From Prevotella sp. (GTDB lineage Bacteria > Bacteroidota > Bacteroidia > Bacteroidales > Bacteroidaceae), in NCBI GenBank assembly GCA_017548385.1, contig JAFZAE010000144.1, positions 6,300 to 70,299 on the forward strand: a DNA stretch of 64,000 nt, written 5' to 3'. This document shows, piece by piece, positions 10,629-21,141 of the stretch. The notes beneath the pieces were generated by a model, which was not told the origin of the DNA, searched no databases, and saw nothing but the letters and a program-made list of their open reading frames with translations. Made by a program: the position numbers and the translations under genes. Within the stretch, counting starts at the first letter, position 1. The number at the start of each line of letters is the position of its first letter.

Positions 10629-11570
10629 CTATAATCCGCGAAGGAATCTGTCGGCCTCGATGGCGGCCTTACAACCACTCGCGGCGGCGGTGATGGCTTG
10701 TCGATAATGAGGATCGGCCACGTCGCCGGCGGCATAAACACCAGGTAACTTTGTGCGCGGACTGTTACCTTGGGTAATAAGGTAACCCGTCTCGTCAGTA
10801 TCGAGCCATTGTTTGAAGATGTCGGAGTTGGGCTTGTGCCCAATAGCAAGGAAGAAACCATCGATGGGCAGGTCATAGTATCGTTCGTCTGCCTCGCCTT
10901 TGCGGAATACTACATGGGCGCCCTCAACACCATTGTCGCCATAGAGTCCCACAGTGTTATGTTCAAATAATATCTCGATGTTCTCGGTCTCGGTGACACG
11001 TTGTTTCATTACCTCAGATGCGCGAAGGAAAGGCTTGCGTACAATCATATACACCTTCTTGGCAAGTCCTGCTAAGTAGAGCGCTTCTTCACAGGCAGTG
11101 TCACCGCCACCTACAACGGCCACGATGCGTTTGCGATAGAAGAAACCATCGCAGGTAGCACATGCCGAGACACCTTGCCCGTTGTATTTCTTCTCATCCT
11201 CCAAACCTAAATATTTGGCAGATGCTCCTGTAGCGATAATCACAGTATCGGCCTCAATCTCTGTGCCACTGTCGGTTGTCAGCACATAGGGACGGCGGCT
11301 CATGTCTGCAGCAACAATTTCACCATCGCGGATGTCGGTGCCGAAGCGCTCAGCCTGTTGCCTAAGGTCAAGCATCATTTGATTGCCATCGACACCCTCA
11401 GGATAGCCGGGAAAATTCTCTACCTCAGTGGTTTGGGTAAGTTGACCGCCAGTTTGCAAACCGCAGTACTCCACTGGTGCTAACCCAGCGCGTGCGGCAT
11501 AGATGGCGGCAGTATAACCAGCTGGTCCACTGCCAATAATCAGACACTGGACGTGTTCTCTTTGTTCCAT
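10629..11570 (-). CDS. trxB: Thioredoxin-disulfide reductase
   Basis: IIGSGPAGYTAA, CATCDG, GGGDTA and AAGDV motifs. Confidence 0.97.
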   Translation of the reverse strand: MEQREHVQCLIIGSGPAGYTAAIYAARAGLAPVEYCGLQTGGQLTQTTEVENFPGYPEGVDGNQMMLDLRQQAERFGTDIRDGEIVAADMSRRPYVLTTDSGTEIEADTVIIATGASAKYLGLEDEKKYNGQGVSACATCDGFFYRKRIVAVVGGGDTACEEALYLAGLAKKVYMIVRKPFLRASEVMKQRVTETENIEILFEHNTVGLYGDNGVEGAHVVFRKGEADERYYDLPIDGFFLAIGHKPNSDIFKQWLDTDETGYLITQGNSPRTKLPGVYAAGDVADPHYRQAITAAASGCKAAIEADRFLRGL

Positions 11571-12127
11571 TATAGAATTTCTAACTGTTCTTTGATTTTC
11601 TCGTCGATGACATCAAAACTCTCTGTGGGTTCAAAACGTGCCACGACTATGCCTTTTTTGTTAATGAGGAATTTTGTAAAATTCCATTTGATGTCGGGGT
11701 TGTCCTTGTAGTTGGGGTCTTTCTCTGAAAGCATACGGTCGAGGATGCCGGCGATGGGATGCTCCATATTCCAACCAGCAAAGCCTTTCTGCTCCTTGAG
11801 AAATTTAAATAGTGGATCGGCATCATCGCCATTGACCTTCAGCTTCTTGAAACGTGGAAACTCTGTGCCATAGTTGAGCTTGCAGAAACTATGAATAGAT
11901 TCGTCGGTACCAGGAGCTTGCTGGCCAAACTGGTTGCAAGGGAAGTCGAGTATTGTAAAACCTTCAGAATGATGCTTTTCGTAGAGCTTCTCAAGTTCCT
12001 CATACTGAGGGGTGAAACCACACTTGGTAGCAGTGTTTACGATAAGGATTACTTCATTTGCATACTCTTTGAGGGATACGGTACCTCCTTTTCTGTCTTT
12101 GACAGAGAAATCATAAATTGTTCTCAT
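11570..12127 (-). CDS. Glutathione peroxidase family (Cys-type) peroxidase
   Basis: NTATKCGFTPQY, FPCNQFG and IKWNFTKFL motifs; stop overlaps the trxB start (TAATG). Confidence 0.93.
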   Translation of the reverse strand: MRTIYDFSVKDRKGGTVSLKEYANEVILIVNTATKCGFTPQYEELEKLYEKHHSEGFTILDFPCNQFGQQAPGTDESIHSFCKLNYGTEFPRFKKLKVNGDDADPLFKFLKEQKGFAGWNMEHPIAGILDRMLSEKDPNYKDNPDIKWNFTKFLINKKGIVVARFEPTESFDVIDEKIKEQLEIL

Positions 12128-12402
12128 CTTGATTAGTGTATAGTTGATTCAAGTTATATTCTTTCTTTTGTAAGTTTTTAGATATCAGAACTTAGATTTT
12201 GAATTTTAAACGATCATGGTTTTGTCTGAACTCTAGTAACTCCTGAATTCCTGAACTTCTCATCAAAGCAATTCCTTTGCAAATATACTGTTTTTTTTGG
12301 CATTAGAAACAACTTTTTCAAAAAAATGATAGAATTATTTGCAAGTGTCACCCTTTTGTGCTATCTTCGCAACAAAAAGTTAAATATTCAACAATTAATG
12401 CT

Positions 12403-13026
12403 ATGAATAAAAACGAGAAATTTATCGTCACCATCAACCGGCAGTTTGGAACCGGAGGACATGAGGTGGGAGCCGAAATAGCCAGAAGGCTTGGCGTGAA
12501 ATTGCTTGATAAGCAAATTTTACAGGCTGTGGCAAGGAAATTTGACATCGGGCAGGAGGCTGTTGAGAAACTCGAGGCACGTGACAAGTCATGGTGGGAT
12601 GACTTTACACAATTCTACCGCTCATATATGATAGATAACCAATACCATGAACTAGGGCAGGAACTTACGTCAAATGAACTTTTCGAGGCTCAGGCTGCCG
12701 TCATTAGGCAAATCGCTTCCGAGGAATCGTGTGTAATCATCGGAAGATGTGCCTCACATATTTTTAGAGATCATCCCAATAGTTTGAAAATTTACCTCCA
12801 TAGCCCAATGGAAAAGCGTATCAAGCGTATCGTTGAGAAATATGGTGTCAATGAGGCCGATGCAAAGTTGATGATTGTAGACAATGACTACACTCGTGAA
12901 CTCTATACAAAGAAATATACTGGTTCAGAGTGGTATGATGCCCGCAATTATGATATTTCCCTCGATGTCAGTAAGTTCGGACTAAATGGGTCCGTGGACT
13001 ATCTGCTGGCTTTCATGGGTGAATGA
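12403..13026 (+). CDS. Cytidylate kinase-like family protein
   Basis: TINRQFGTGG, LLDKQIL, CVIIGRC and YD motifs; ATG 12403 in an A-rich context. Confidence 0.85.
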   Translation: MNKNEKFIVTINRQFGTGGHEVGAEIARRLGVKLLDKQILQAVARKFDIGQEAVEKLEARDKSWWDDFTQFYRSYMIDNQYHELGQELTSNELFEAQAAVIRQIASEESCVIIGRCASHIFRDHPNSLKIYLHSPMEKRIKRIVEKYGVNEADAKLMIVDNDYTRELYTKKYTGSEWYDARNYDISLDVSKFGLNGSVDYLLAFMGE

Positions 13027-13076
13027 CGTGTCGTATATACCATTATCATTTTTAGCTCACACCTACAAATATTATA

Positions 13077-13243
13077 CTCAATTTTCGCAAGTAAGGAATG
13101 GAAAGGGATAGAAACGTAGTTAAAGGAGAGTTAAAGGGACATTACCCCCGATTTGTTTCTATTTTTGTGTTGAAATCGTTGCAATAGCTAGACTATTGTC
13201 CTTTTAACTACCCTTCTATGCTCTTTAACTACAGAAAGTTGAG
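13077..13243. mobile_element. Putative non-autonomous MITE-like element
   Basis: Terminal imperfect inverted repeat ctcaattttc / gaaagttgag; nested inverted repeats gtagttaaag / ctttaactac and agttaaagggaca / tgtccttttaact; no ORF. Confidence 0.45.
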
Positions 13244-13276
13244 CGAATGCGAAACTTCAATTATATGTAAAATAAA

Positions 13277-14236
13277 ATGAGAAGACTATTATCTTGGGCC
13301 ATCATCGCTATGGCGTTGATGGTGGTGTCATGTGGCAAAAAACATGACGATAATGCTGTAAATCCCAATGCTCCAGTACCTCCCCAAAGTGTCATCAACG
13401 ATGAAGACAAAGTGGAAATGGATGCGGCCAAATTCTATGGGAATGTACAGTTCATCATGGCTAATCAGGAAGAAGATCAGAAGAATTATACCGTGATGGA
13501 CGTCTTGATGGGTGATGTTGGGGGGCATTTCCGCCTTGATAAGTCAGAGAAAAAATATTGGGTTAAGGCTGTCGATGATGAAATATTGGATGACCTCTAT
13601 GATGAGGCATCATTTGCCTTTGGAAAAGTTGATGGGCATATCGTGACGATATGCTATGGCAAGGACTTGATGCCTTTGTGGACTATGGTAGGATTCCAGA
13701 CAGAGGATGAGTATAATCAATACCGTCGCGACTGTTTCTTACACGCATTGGTGGGCAAATACAAAGTTAACACCAAAGACATCGTCGGGTTCCCTGTAAC
13801 CATCACGTCTGATGGTAAAGTGAAAGGTCTTTTTGGAAGTGCGAACGGAAGTTTTCAGTTCACTTTTATCAATACATATGTGACTGATATATGTAAAGCA
13901 GAGTTGGAGGACTTAGGTAGCCGGTATTTTGGCTTCGCTGTCAAAGACTACGGCATTGACCTCTTGGATACAGAAGTGGATGAGGAGACGGGTGAGAGAA
14001 TGGTCATTGACGAGGTTCTTGAAACGCTTGAAATGGATACGGATCCGGATCTCTCGTGGATACACAAGCACATCCTCACTTCCGATTATTACAACTATGT
14101 TTCTCCCTCCACACGCAAAAGAATGATAGAAATGCTCAAGGCTGTGAAGTCACCATCGCAGACAGATCAGTGGAATCTCTTTATCCTTGAAAACTTCAAA
14201 GATGTAGAAGCACAGGAATCAACTGAAGAGGAATAA
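13277..14236 (+). CDS. Hypothetical lipoprotein
   Basis: Signal peptide II ending VVSC; acidic mature domain. Confidence 0.75.
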   Translation: MRRLLSWAIIAMALMVVSCGKKHDDNAVNPNAPVPPQSVINDEDKVEMDAAKFYGNVQFIMANQEEDQKNYTVMDVLMGDVGGHFRLDKSEKKYWVKAVDDEILDDLYDEASFAFGKVDGHIVTICYGKDLMPLWTMVGFQTEDEYNQYRRDCFLHALVGKYKVNTKDIVGFPVTITSDGKVKGLFGSANGSFQFTFINTYVTDICKAELEDLGSRYFGFAVKDYGIDLLDTEVDEETGERMVIDEVLETLEMDTDPDLSWIHKHILTSDYYNYVSPSTRKRMIEMLKAVKSPSQTDQWNLFILENFKDVEAQESTEEE

Positions 14237-14260
14237 TTTCCAGAAGAAATAAACTGTATG

Positions 14261-14307
14261 GACACAGAGACACAGGGGTATGGAACTTTTCCTTGTATCT
14301 CTGTGTC
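14261..14307 (+). terminator. Imperfect hairpin of the CACAGAGACAC family after the lipoprotein gene
   Basis: gacacagagacacagggg ... ccttgtatctctgtgtc followed by ttt. Confidence 0.6.
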
Positions 14308-14379
14308 TTTATGTTACAGTTCACAAACTCATAAACTCACAAACTCAAATATAAATTTGCTGAGTTTACGAAAAATTCG

Positions 14380-14387
14380 TAACTTTG
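14380..14387 (+). promoter_or_regulatory. Bacteroidetes -7 promoter element for pheT
   Basis: TAACTTTG matches TAnnTTTG, with TTTG upstream near 14356. Confidence 0.65.
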
Positions 14388-14420
14388 CACGATTTTTGTG
14401 ATATAACCAACAAAGCAACG

Positions 14421-16883
14421 ATGAATATATCTTATAAGTGGCTGAAAGAATATGTGGATTTCACACTTTCAGCCGAAGAAGTAAGCAAGGCACTGACATC
14501 GGCAGGACTCGAGGTGGGTGCCCTGGAGGAAGTACAAAGCATCAAAGGTGGACTGAAAGGTCTCTATGTGGGCAAGGTGCTCACCTGTGAACAACATCCC
14601 AACAGTGACCATTTACATGTCACCACTGTAGATTTGGGACATGAAACACCCTCGCAGATAGTATGTGGCGCACCTAATGTGGCCGCCGGACAAAAAGTGA
14701 TTGTTGCCGATCTGGGCTGCGTGCTCTATGATGGCGACAAAGAGTTTGTCATCAAGAAATCTAAACTCCGTGGCGTGGAGTCGTGTGGCATGATTTGTGC
14801 TGAGGATGAGATAGGCGTGGGTACAAGCCACGATGGTATCATTGTTTTGCCTGAAGATGCTCCCGTGGGACAGCCTGCAGCAGAATATTACCATCTTGAG
14901 AGTGACTGGCTCATTGAGGTAGACATCACCGCCAACCGTGCTGATGCGCTGTCGCATTGGGGCGTGGCACGCGACCTTTACGCTTGGTTGCTGCAAAATG
15001 GTTATGATACATCGCTACATCGTCCTTCATGTGAGGAGTTTAAGGTCGATAACCACGATCTTCCCGTAAAAGTGACCATTGAAAACAGCGAAGCATGTCG
15101 ACGCTATGCTTGTGTGAGCATCACTGACTGCGACGTGAAGGAGTCGCCTGAATGGCTTCGCAATAAACTCACCACCATCGGTCTGCGTCCTATCAACAAT
15201 ATCGTGGATATCACTAATTATATCATGATGGCATATGGACAGCCTTTGCACTGTTTTGATGCCGACATGGTGACGGGGCACCATATTGTGGTTAGACCAC
15301 AACAAGAAGGTACCAAATTTGTCACACTCGATGGCGAAGAGCATATTCTTGGTTCACACGACCTGGCCATCTGCAACGAGGAGGACCCCATGTGTATTGC
15401 TGGTGTTTTTGGTGGAAAGGGTAGCGGTACTTATGAGAATACACGCAATGTGGTGCTTGAAAGTGCTTATTTCCATCCCACATGGATACGCAAGAGTGCA
15501 CGCCGTCATGGATTGAGTACAGACTCCTCCTTCCGTTTCGAGAGAGGTGTTGATCCTGAAGGGACTATCTATGCGCTCAAGCAGGCTGCCATCCTCTGCA
15601 AGCAACTGGCTGGCGGTAAGGTGAGCATGGAAATCTGTGACGAATACCCCAACCCTATAAATCCTGCAAAAGTTGAACTACGATACAATTATGTAGATCA
15701 GCTTGTAGGTAAGCATATCCCAAAAGAAACGGTGAAAAGCATTGTCAAAAGTCTCGAGATGAGCATCGATGCTGAAACCGAAGAGGGACTGTCGCTCACC
15801 GTCCCCGCCTACAGGGTGGATGTGCAACGTCCATGCGACGTTGTGGAGGATATCCTGCGTATTTATGGATACAACAATGTGGAGATTCCTACACAGCTGA
15901 AGAGTTCACTCGTTATCAAGGGTGCAGAGGATCAGAAGCACAAACTCCACAATCTTGTCGCTGAGCAATTGGTGGGATGCGGTTTCAATGAAATAATGAA
16001 CAACTCGCTTACCAAGGCTGCTTATTACGAGGGTCTCAACACCTATCATGCAGACCATCTCGTGCATATCATGAACCCATTGAGTAGCGACCTCAATGTT
16101 ATGCGTCAGACCATGCTATTCGGAGGTTTGGAGAGTATTGCCTACAATGCCAACCGAAAGAGTCCCAATTTGCGCTTTTTCGAGTTTGGAAATTGCTATG
16201 AATTCGACCCCGAGAAGCAGAACAACGACAACCCAATGCGTGCTTATCGCGAGGAGTATCATTTGGCTCTGTGGGTGACGGGAAAGAGAGTCACTGGTAG
16301 TTGGGCACATCCAGAGGAGGATAGTTCATATTATGAACTGAAAGCCTATGTGGAGAACATTCTTGCAAGGATGGGTGTATTGAAAGGTATGTTGGTAACC
16401 AAGGATAGTGAGAACGATATTTTCTCACAGGCTATGGCTTTGGAAAATCGCGCAGGAAGGGTGCTGGTGGAAATGGGTGTGGTAAATAAAGCACTACTCA
16501 ATAAGGCTGGCATTGCAAATCCCGTTTATTATGCCGACCTCAATTGGACTGCCTTGATGAAGGTGATACAGAAAAACCGTGTGCAGTTTACTGAAATCAG
16601 TAAATATCCACCTGTCAGTCGTGACTTGGCATTGCTCGTGGACAAGACTGTGAAATTTGCTGAGATTGAGGCTATAGCACGTGGATCGGAGAAGAAACTG
16701 CTCCGAAGCGTTGAACTCTTTGACGTCTATGAAGGAAAAAATCTTCCGGCAGGTAAGAAAAGTTATGCTGTAAACTTCATTATCCAGGATGAGCAACGTA
16801 CACTCAACGACAAACAGATTGAGGCCATCATGAACAAAATTATCGCCAATCTAAAGTCAAAACTCAATGCAGAACTGAGATAG
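14421..16883 (+). CDS. pheT: Phenylalanine--tRNA ligase beta subunit
   Basis: MNISYKWL start, IVCGAPNV, ITANRAD, RFERGVD, RDLA and FDVYEG motifs. Confidence 0.97.
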   Translation: MNISYKWLKEYVDFTLSAEEVSKALTSAGLEVGALEEVQSIKGGLKGLYVGKVLTCEQHPNSDHLHVTTVDLGHETPSQIVCGAPNVAAGQKVIVADLGCVLYDGDKEFVIKKSKLRGVESCGMICAEDEIGVGTSHDGIIVLPEDAPVGQPAAEYYHLESDWLIEVDITANRADALSHWGVARDLYAWLLQNGYDTSLHRPSCEEFKVDNHDLPVKVTIENSEACRRYACVSITDCDVKESPEWLRNKLTTIGLRPINNIVDITNYIMMAYGQPLHCFDADMVTGHHIVVRPQQEGTKFVTLDGEEHILGSHDLAICNEEDPMCIAGVFGGKGSGTYENTRNVVLESAYFHPTWIRKSARRHGLSTDSSFRFERGVDPEGTIYALKQAAILCKQLAGGKVSMEICDEYPNPINPAKVELRYNYVDQLVGKHIPKETVKSIVKSLEMSIDAETEEGLSLTVPAYRVDVQRPCDVVEDILRIYGYNNVEIPTQLKSSLVIKGAEDQKHKLHNLVAEQLVGCGFNEIMNNSLTKAAYYEGLNTYHADHLVHIMNPLSSDLNVMRQTMLFGGLESIAYNANRKSPNLRFFEFGNCYEFDPEKQNNDNPMRAYREEYHLALWVTGKRVTGSWAHPEEDSSYYELKAYVENILARMGVLKGMLVTKDSENDIFSQAMALENRAGRVLVEMGVVNKALLNKAGIANPVYYADLNWTALMKVIQKNRVQFTEISKYPPVSRDLALLVDKTVKFAEIEAIARGSEKKLLRSVELFDVYEGKNLPAGKKSYAVNFIIQDEQRTLNDKQIEAIMNKIIANLKSKLNAELR

Positions 16884-16928
16884 AATTGAGATTTCTGAAA
16901 TATAATATTATAAAATAACAATCATTCT

Positions 16929-17654
16929 ATGGGAAGAGCATTTGAATATCGCAAAGCGACAAAATTGAAAAGATGGGGCCATATGGCCAAGACTTTTACC
17001 AGAATAGGTAAGCAAATCAGTATCGCCGTGAAATCGGGGGGACCTGACCCTGAGAACAATCCTACACTGCGTGCCATCATCGCCAATGCAAAGCGTGAAA
17101 ATATGCCGAAGGACAATATTGAGCGCGCTATCAAAAATGCACAGGGTAAAGACCAGAGCGATTACAAAGAAGTGAACTATGAGGGCTATGGACCTCATGG
17201 TATTGCCATCTTTGTTGAGACTCTTACTGACAATACTACTCGCACAGTGGGTGATGTTCGTTCAGTATTTAACAAGTTTAATGGTAATCTTGGAACACAA
17301 GGCTCACTGAGTTTCCTCTTCGACCACAAATGTGTGTTCACCATCAAGAAGAAGGATGGATTGGATATGGACGAGATGATTCTCGATCTGATTGACTATG
17401 GAGTAGAGGATGAGTATGACGAGGATGAGGAAACCAACGAGATTACACTTTATGGCGACCCTAAGAGTTTCGGCGAAATTCAGAAGCATTTAGAGAGTGA
17501 GGGCTTTGAGGTGACGGGTGCTGAGTTTACACGCATCCCCAATGATCTCAAAGATGTAACACCTGAACAGCGCGAGACTATCGACAAGATGATCGAGAAA
17601 TTGGAGGACTTTGACGATGTCCAGACGGTTTACACCAACATGAAACCTGAGTAA
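16929..17654 (+). CDS. yebC: YebC/PmpR family protein
   Basis: GGPDPENNP.LR, NMPKDNIERAI, YEGYGPHG and DDVQTVYTN motifs. Confidence 0.93.
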   Translation: MGRAFEYRKATKLKRWGHMAKTFTRIGKQISIAVKSGGPDPENNPTLRAIIANAKRENMPKDNIERAIKNAQGKDQSDYKEVNYEGYGPHGIAIFVETLTDNTTRTVGDVRSVFNKFNGNLGTQGSLSFLFDHKCVFTIKKKDGLDMDEMILDLIDYGVEDEYDEDEETNEITLYGDPKSFGEIQKHLESEGFEVTGAEFTRIPNDLKDVTPEQRETIDKMIEKLEDFDDVQTVYTNMKPE

Positions 17655-17658
17655 GTTC

Positions 17659-17922
17659 ATGGCAAACCGACGTATCACATACAAGACGCAAGGTACTTGT
17701 AGCCAGTTCATCGATGTGGAGGTGGACGATGAGGGCACACTCGTAGACGTTAATTTCATTGGAGGGTGCAATGGAAACCTGCAAGGTATCTGCGCGCTCG
17801 TCCGTGGCATGAAGGTGGAGGAAATCAAACAACGCCTCGACGGTATCCGTTGTGGCTATAAATCCACCAGCTGTCCCGACCAACTCTGCCGCGCTCTTGA
17901 CCAAGTGATGGAACAAAAGTAG
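17659..17922 (+). CDS. TSCPD-domain four-cysteine protein (TIGR03905-like)
   Basis: GTCS, GGCNGNLQG, GIRCG and TSCPDQL motifs. Confidence 0.85.
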   Translation: MANRRITYKTQGTCSQFIDVEVDDEGTLVDVNFIGGCNGNLQGICALVRGMKVEEIKQRLDGIRCGYKSTSCPDQLCRALDQVMEQK

Positions 17923-17947
17923 AGACCTCACATTGGGGCATTTCAAT

Positions 17948-17997
17948 AATAAGGGGTAAGAGATGTGACTTGCTAAAGTCATCTCTTACCCCTTATT
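17948..17997. terminator. Long inverted repeat between convergent genes, built from heptamer units
   Basis: aataaggggtaagagatg ... catctcttaccccttatt with inner stem tgactt/aagtca. Confidence 0.75.
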
Positions 17998-18061
17998 TCT
18001 TTCTTGCTTATTTTGTGTTGAACAGTTATCTTAAATCTCAACCCTCAAATCAAAAAAACTC

Positions 18062-18454
18062 TCACTGATAGTCCTCTTTTTTCAGAGTAGTGTCGTAGAG
18101 AACAGAACCATCGTTCTTTGAAAACATCACATATCTGTATGAAAAACCGGCTTTTTTGAATATTATATTGGTGGTGTTCTCATGCAATTCTTTGATGAGT
18201 CCTTCTCGCATTTCTTTCTTTATTTTCTCGATATGCTCACGGTCGTCAGCTGCTCCGCTGATAGTATAATAATGAAAAAATGTGGAGGTTGCTTTGTCAA
18301 AAGCAGTACTGTCAAGGACCATCATTTGGTTGATGACTCTTGGGCAATTCTTTTTGGTGTATTCTCTAGCTTCCCGCTCAGCGCGGTCTTGGAGCGACTC
18401 CTGACAACCAACCATTGCCATGCAACAGATTAGTATAAATAAGAGTTTCTTCAT
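18062..18454 (-). CDS. Hypothetical lipoprotein
   Basis: MKK + hydrophobic stretch + MVGC lipobox. Confidence 0.75.
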   Translation of the reverse strand: MKKLLFILICCMAMVGCQESLQDRAEREAREYTKKNCPRVINQMMVLDSTAFDKATSTFFHYYTISGAADDREHIEKIKKEMREGLIKELHENTTNIIFKKAGFSYRYVMFSKNDGSVLYDTTLKKEDYQ

Positions 18455-18480
18455 TGTATAATAGGAGTAAGGGGTAAGGT

Positions 18481-19077
18481 TTATTCTAATAGTGTCGCTG
18501 ACCGAACACGACTGAGAGTTTCAGGAGTCATTTGTAAATAATTGGCAATATAAACAAGAGGAGCACGCTGCACGACTTTTGGCATCAGTTTGCACATCCG
18601 CTTGTAACGGTCCTGAGCTGTTTCAAAACGCACCAGGTCGGCATGTACCTGAGACAAAATCAAAGACTCTTCGAGGATTTTTCGATAAAGAATCTGGATG
18701 TTCACATTGTGCAATGCAACCTCCTCTAAGCGTTGCTTGGGCAGCGCATAAATCATGGTAGTATCAAGTGCTTCCACCTGAAGTTTGGTAGGCTCCTCAC
18801 GGAAAAGGCTTTCGATGCACATAATGATAGAACCGTCAACACCGATATGTTCGGTCAGTTGACGACCTTTTTTAAAATAAAACTGTCGGACAAGGCCGCG
18901 ATCCACATAGAGAATGTTGCGGCAGACCTCTCCTTCTCTAAGAATCATCTCGCCCTTGGCGAATTTCATAGGCACAAGGACACTCTCGAGGATATCGAGT
19001 TCTCCATGTGTCATCGTGCTATATTTGCGCGCAAGTTCGCGTGCAATGTCACGGGTGGAATGTGGCAGTTCCTTCAT
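18481..19077 (-). CDS. Crp/Fnr family transcriptional regulator
   Basis: cNMP-binding fold (KGEMILREG, GLVRQF) and C-terminal IANYLQMTPETLSRVR helix-turn-helix. Confidence 0.9.
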   Translation of the reverse strand: MKELPHSTRDIARELARKYSTMTHGELDILESVLVPMKFAKGEMILREGEVCRNILYVDRGLVRQFYFKKGRQLTEHIGVDGSIIMCIESLFREEPTKLQVEALDTTMIYALPKQRLEEVALHNVNIQILYRKILEESLILSQVHADLVRFETAQDRYKRMCKLMPKVVQRAPLVYIANYLQMTPETLSRVRSATLLE

Positions 19078-19199
19078 GGGGTGTTTTCCTTTCTGTTTAG
19101 TAAGTAGATTTTATATATTATGACAACAAAGCAGAGAATTCCTTCCATCTCATCTCTACATTTCTATGTCTTTGTATCTCTGTGTTGATATTCGTATTC

Positions 19200-20999
19200 C
19201 TAATCAAGTTTTAGTACGGCAAGGAATGCTTTTTGTGGCACTTCCACATTGCCGATTTGTTTCATACGCTTTTTGCCTCGTTTTTGCTTTTCCAGTAGTT
19301 TGCGCTTGCGTGTCACGTCACCACCATAGCATTTGGCCGTTACATCCTTGCGCACACATTTCACTGTCTCACGAGCCACAATTTTGGCACCGATGGCAGC
19401 TTGGATGGCGATATCGAATTGCTGCCGAGGAATGAGTTCCTTCAACTTCTCGCACATTCTCCGACCAAAAGCCACGGCATTGTCTTGATGCGTAAGTGTT
19501 GAGAGTGCGTCTACCGGCTCGCCGTTGAGCAGGATGTCCAACTTTGCAAGTTTCGAGGGTCTGTAGCCACAAATATAGTAATCGAACGAAGCATAGCCCT
19601 TTGAGATGCTTTTTAATTTGTCATAGAAGTCAATCACGATTTCTCCTAATGGCAGATAGAAAGAAATTTCCACTCTATTGCCACTGACAAACTCTTGGCT
19701 GATGAGTTCACCCCGCTTATCAAGACACAGCTTCATAATCGGCCCAATGTATGTGGCGGTAGTGATAATCGAAGCCTTGATATATGGTTCCTCGATATGG
19801 TCAATCATGGTGACTTCGGGCAGACCCGATGGGTTGTGAATTTCTCGTGTACCACCTTGTTTGTCGTAAACCATGTATGATACGTTGGGAACGGTGGTGA
19901 TGACATCCATGTCGAATTCTCTGTCGAGGCGTTCTTGGATAATCTCCATGTGGAGCAGACCAAGAAAACCACAGCGGAAACCAAATCCTAGTGCCACCGA
20001 TGACTCTGGTTGGAAAGAGAGAGACGCATCGTTCAACTGCAGTTTCTCAAGTGAGGCACGTAGGTTCTCATAATCGGTGGGATCGATGGGATAGACACCA
20101 GCAAACACCATGGGCTTCACTTCTTGAAAACCCTCAATGGCTTTCTCACAGGGATTCTTTACATGGGTGATGGTATCGCCCACCTTCACTTCCTTGGCAT
20201 CTTTGATACCACTGATGATGTAACCCACCTCGCCTGTACTCAGCATCGGGCGGGGAATCATATCCATTTTCAGTACGCCCACCTCATCGGCATCATATTC
20301 CATGCCAGTATTGAAAAACTTAACCATGTCGCCCTTGCGGATGGAGCCATTGAGAATCTTAAAATAGGCGATGATGCCACGGAACGAATTGAACACCGAG
20401 TCGAAAATCAGTGCTTGAAGTGGCGCATTTTTATCACCCGTAGGGTGGGGGATCCGCTTCACCACGGCATCAAGGATTTCTTTTACGCCCTCACCGGTCT
20501 TTCCGGAGGCACGGATAATATCTTCGTGGTCGCAACCTAGTAGTTCCACTATCTCATCCTCCACTTCTTCTGGCATAGCTGAAGGCATGTCAATCTTATT
20601 AATGACAGGGATGATCTCTAGGTTGTGGTCGATGGCCATATAGAGGTTGGAGATGGTTTGAGCTTGTACACCCTGAGTGGCATCTACAACGAGAAGAGCA
20701 CCCTCACAGGCGGCAATACTACGCGACACTTCGTAAGAGAAATCCACGTGTCCCGGAGTATCTATTAAGTTCAGAATATAGTTCGTACCGTCTAGAGCAT
20801 ATTCCATCTGAATGGCATGGCTTTTGATGGTGATGCCACGCTCACGTTCCAAATCCATGTCGTCGAGCATCTGCCCCTCGGTCACCTGAATGGTATTGGT
20901 GAATTCTAGCAGACGGTCGGCCAACGTAGATTTACCATGGTCAATATGCGCTATAATACAAAAATTTCTTATATGTTCCATCTTCAATGCTTCCTTCAT
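19200..20999 (-). CDS. lepA: Elongation factor 4
   Basis: [33 protein letters not shown] and KCYGGD.TRKRKLL motifs; true start may be ATG 20981. Confidence 0.98.
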   Translation of the reverse strand: MKEALKMEHIRNFCIIAHIDHGKSTLADRLLEFTNTIQVTEGQMLDDMDLERERGITIKSHAIQMEYALDGTNYILNLIDTPGHVDFSYEVSRSIAACEGALLVVDATQGVQAQTISNLYMAIDHNLEIIPVINKIDMPSAMPEEVEDEIVELLGCDHEDIIRASGKTGEGVKEILDAVVKRIPHPTGDKNAPLQALIFDSVFNSFRGIIAYFKILNGSIRKGDMVKFFNTGMEYDADEVGVLKMDMIPRPMLSTGEVGYIISGIKDAKEVKVGDTITHVKNPCEKAIEGFQEVKPMVFAGVYPIDPTDYENLRASLEKLQLNDASLSFQPESSVALGFGFRCGFLGLLHMEIIQERLDREFDMDVITTVPNVSYMVYDKQGGTREIHNPSGLPEVTMIDHIEEPYIKASIITTATYIGPIMKLCLDKRGELISQEFVSGNRVEISFYLPLGEIVIDFYDKLKSISKGYASFDYYICGYRPSKLAKLDILLNGEPVDALSTLTHQDNAVAFGRRMCEKLKELIPRQQFDIAIQAAIGAKIVARETVKCVRKDVTAKCYGGDVTRKRKLLEKQKRGKKRMKQIGNVEVPQKAFLAVLKLD

Positions 21000-21141
21000 G
21001 TATGGTATTATTGCTCCATGATATCTTTATCATAGTTAATACCAATGAATTAAAATGCAAATTTAAGACTATTAATTCATTTTCAGTCCCCACCGACTGT
21101 TAAATATGCTTAATAACAAACCTTCTTCCGTGATGTTTCCT

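Noticed and set aside
11570-12127. Selenocysteine in the glutathione peroxidase
   Set aside because: The active-site codon is TGT (Cys) and there is no in-frame TGA
14421-16883. pheT without an adjacent pheS
   Set aside because: Separated pheS and pheT genes are normal in Bacteroidetes
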